This document shows positions 21,984-24,000 of a stretch of DNA of 24,000 nt, piece by piece; the first letter of the stretch is position 1, and the number at the start of each line of letters is the position of its first letter. The notes below the pieces were generated by a model. It ran no database searches. It had not been told where the DNA came from and worked only from the letters and a program-made list of their open reading frames with translations. The translations under genes and the position numbers were made by a program. Origin of the DNA: Deltaproteobacteria bacterium (lineage in GTDB: Bacteria > Desulfobacterota > Desulfobacteria > Desulfobacterales > Desulfosarcinaceae); assembly GCA_021824175.1 (NCBI GenBank), contig JAKALP010000002.1, positions 26,005 through 50,004 of the forward strand. The letters run 5' to 3'.

Positions 21984-23651
21984 CTATAAATACTTCACGG
22001 CCTCATGCATCAGATAGCTTTTGAAACCGCCGCTGATGTTCTTCACTTTAAAACCGTGCTGGATCAGCATGCGGGAAGCATAGTAGGAGCGTTGTCCCAC
22101 GAAGCAGTAGGTCCAGATTTCGCGCTCCTTGGGCAGTTCGCCGATGCGGTCGCGGATCTGCTCCAGGGGCAGGGGCGTGGCGCCCTCGACATGGTCACGT
22201 TTGTATTCGATGGGTTCGCGCACATCCAGAATTAAAGCATTCGTGTCACCAATCTCTTCCCAATGGGACACGGGCGCATCGCCGCGCAGCACATTGGCCG
22301 CAATCATGCCGGCCATGTTGACCGGGTCCTTGGCCGAGCCGAACTGGGGCGCATAGCACAGTTCGGCCTCTTCCAAATCATAGACCGTGCCGCTCTTCTG
22401 AATGGCCATGGCAATGACATCGATGCGCTTTTCTACCCCTTCTTTACCCACGGCCTGGGCCCCGAAAATACGGCCGTCGGATTTGCGGAAGATCAATTTG
22501 ATGCTGATGGGCGAGGCACCCGGATAGTAACCGGCATGGTGGCCGGGATGCAGATAGATCTTCTCCATCTGCTCCCAAAGGCCCAGGCGCTTAAGGGTTT
22601 TTTCGCTGGCGCCGGTGAAAGCGGCCACCTGGTCCAGAATGCCCACCACCGATGTGCCCTGCACCCCTCGGAATTGGCTGTCGCGGCCCATGATCACGTC
22701 GGCGGCAATGCGGCCCTGGCGGTTGGCCGGCCCGGCCAGGGGTACAACGCCCTTTTGGGCCGTCACTACATCGGTGACCTGCACGGCATCGCCCACGGCC
22801 CAGATGTGCGGGTCGCTGGTGCGCATGCGGGCATCCACCTGAATGCCGCCGCTGGAAGCAATGGTCAGCCCGGCAGCTTCGGCCAAGGTGATGTGGGGTC
22901 GCACACCGATGCATAAGATCACCAGGTCGGTCTGCATGCGGTGGCCGGAACGCAGGGTTAAGGATAGGCGATGGCCGTCGCCGGCATCAAAACGGGTCAC
23001 GCTCTCGCTCAGGCGCAGATCCACGCCGTGTTTAAGCAGGGTGTCGTGGATGGGCGCGGCCATTTCGGCATCCATCATGGGCATCACCTGGGCCAGGCGC
23101 TCCACGATGGTGACTTTCAGGCCGCGCTTGTGCAGGTTTTCGGTCATCTCCATGCCGATGTAACCGCCACCCACCACTACAGCCTGTTTGGCTTGGAAGC
23201 GCTGGATCCACTGCACGATCTGGCGGCTGTCGGGAATGGTGCGCACCGAAAAGATGCCCGGCAGATCGATTCCGGGCAGATCGGGCCGGATGGCATGGGC
23301 CCCTGGTGAAAGCACCAGGGCATCGTAGGTTTCGGTATAGGCCGCGCCGCTTTCTAGGTCCGTAACTTCGATGACGCGGTTTTTACGGTCAATGCCGACC
23401 ACGTTGGATCTGAGTCGCACCTCGATATTGAAGCGCCGCCGGAACAGCTCTGGCGTGGCCACCAGCAGATCTTCTTCTTTCTTGATCACATTGCCCACAT
23501 AATAGGGCAGGCCGCAGTTGGCAAAAGAGACGTAGGGACCGCGATCGAACATGATGATTTCGGCCGTTTCGGACAATCGGCGGCAGCGGGCCGCGCACGA
23601 GGCGCCGCCCGCCACGCCGCCCACGATGAGAATGCGCTGGGTGTGGGGCAT
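21984..23651 (-). CDS. CoA-disulfide reductase/NADH oxidase-family flavoprotein with C-terminal rhodanese domain
   Basis: 555 aa with FAD motif IVGGVAGGAS, redox Cys in SFANCGLPYY, second Rossmann VVVGGGYIGMEM, and a C-terminal rhodanese with active-site loop CFVGQRS. AAGGAG SD present. Confidence 0.85.
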   Translation of the reverse strand: MPHTQRILIVGGVAGGASCAARCRRLSETAEIIMFDRGPYVSFANCGLPYYVGNVIKKEEDLLVATPELFRRRFNIEVRLRSNVVGIDRKNRVIEVTDLESGAAYTETYDALVLSPGAHAIRPDLPGIDLPGIFSVRTIPDSRQIVQWIQRFQAKQAVVVGGGYIGMEMTENLHKRGLKVTIVERLAQVMPMMDAEMAAPIHDTLLKHGVDLRLSESVTRFDAGDGHRLSLTLRSGHRMQTDLVILCIGVRPHITLAEAAGLTIASSGGIQVDARMRTSDPHIWAVGDAVQVTDVVTAQKGVVPLAGPANRQGRIAADVIMGRDSQFRGVQGTSVVGILDQVAAFTGASEKTLKRLGLWEQMEKIYLHPGHHAGYYPGASPISIKLIFRKSDGRIFGAQAVGKEGVEKRIDVIAMAIQKSGTVYDLEEAELCYAPQFGSAKDPVNMAGMIAANVLRGDAPVSHWEEIGDTNALILDVREPIEYKRDHVEGATPLPLEQIRDRIGELPKEREIWTYCFVGQRSYYASRMLIQHGFKVKNISGGFKSYLMHEAVKYL

Positions 23652-23730
23652 GATGACTCCTTTGTGAATCTAACGCTGGGTTTCTTGTCTTCTAAAAAAG
23701 ATTATAACGTCTGTAATAGGTTTCTATCTA

Positions 23731-23788
23731 CCGTGCAATTCGTGCAATCCGTGGTCATTTTTTGCCACGGATTACAACGGTGGCACGG
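23731..23788. repeat. Short imperfect inverted word repeat (looser relative of the word-array elements)
   Basis: CCGTGCAATTCGTGCAATCCGTGGTC (CGTGCAAT twice) faces GCCACGGATTACAACGGTGGCACGG. The ends CCGTGC/GCACGG and AATCCGTGG/CCACGGATT are complementary, with loop ATTTTTT. Confidence 0.5.
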
Positions 23789-23908
23789 ATGCGCTAAGCA
23801 ATGTGAGCGCCTTCGTCCTTCTGGGCTCTATGCGGTTAAGCGGTCGATCATGTCGGCGTAAAAATTTAGCATCTTTGATGGCGATTGCAAGGTGTTGTTT
23901 CGAGGAAC

Positions 23909-24000
23909 TTAACCCTGAGGCATCGGCCGCAATCGAGCCACGCGTTCCGTAAGCTGGGTCAACACTTCGCCGGCGGGCCCCAGGAGCGTGACATCGCTGA
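23909..24000 (-). CDS. Possible 3' end of a minus-strand gene continuing beyond the window
   Basis: Minus-strand frame is open for 30 codons (...SDVTLLGPAGEVLTQLTERVARLRPMPQG) and ends at TAA 23911-23909. It is too short to identify. Confidence 0.25.
   Translation of the reverse strand, partial: SDVTLLGPAGEVLTQLTERVARLRPMPQG

Overview
GC-rich bacterial chromosomal segment. The gene content suggests a strict anaerobe of the Desulfobacterota/deltaproteobacterial type (NfnAB, NapH-like polyferredoxin, remnant of a two-CW domain), but the taxon is an inference. About 20 protein genes are well supported and mostly housekeeping: the 3' part of a PutA-type aldehyde dehydrogenase, pncA-pncB, a vapBC-type toxin-antitoxin pair, hsp20, nfnA-nfnB, a TatD-family hydrolase, a cupin, a polyferredoxin-CBS-HPP operon, a class-I glutamine amidotransferase, hrpB, an ATP-grasp enzyme, ppiB, an orphan membrane protein, and a CoA-disulfide-reductase/rhodanese + Zn-ADH operon. 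I see no rRNA, tRNA, CRISPR array, transposase, integrase or recognisable defence system other than vapBC. Many long ORFs in the track are antisense shadows of these GC-rich genes. The unexplained signal is mostly non-coding. (i) Five intergenic elements consist of gap-free arrays of degenerate 8-nt words (consensus [CG][AG]C[AT][AG]AGG) facing inverted arrays of the complementary word. Two of them (13464-13697 and 18818-19097) also share a homologous ~95-nt non-coding core in opposite orientations. (ii) A second hairpin repeat family starts TTACAAGCYATCTCAAAA (3 copies plus 1 distant relative). (iii) A decayed signalling locus lies at 8.0-10.7 kb: a receiver-domain remnant and a mosaic two-CW / Ser-Thr kinase / PP2C ORF in which both signature Trp codons are destroyed. 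(iv) A two-cistron mini-ORF unit (44-aa EF-hand-like peptide + 30-aa hydrophobic peptide) has its own SDs, an anti-SD leader and a terminator, and falls below the ORF-track cutoff. None of these can be given a function from sequence alone, and all similarity statements are by-eye and need computation.
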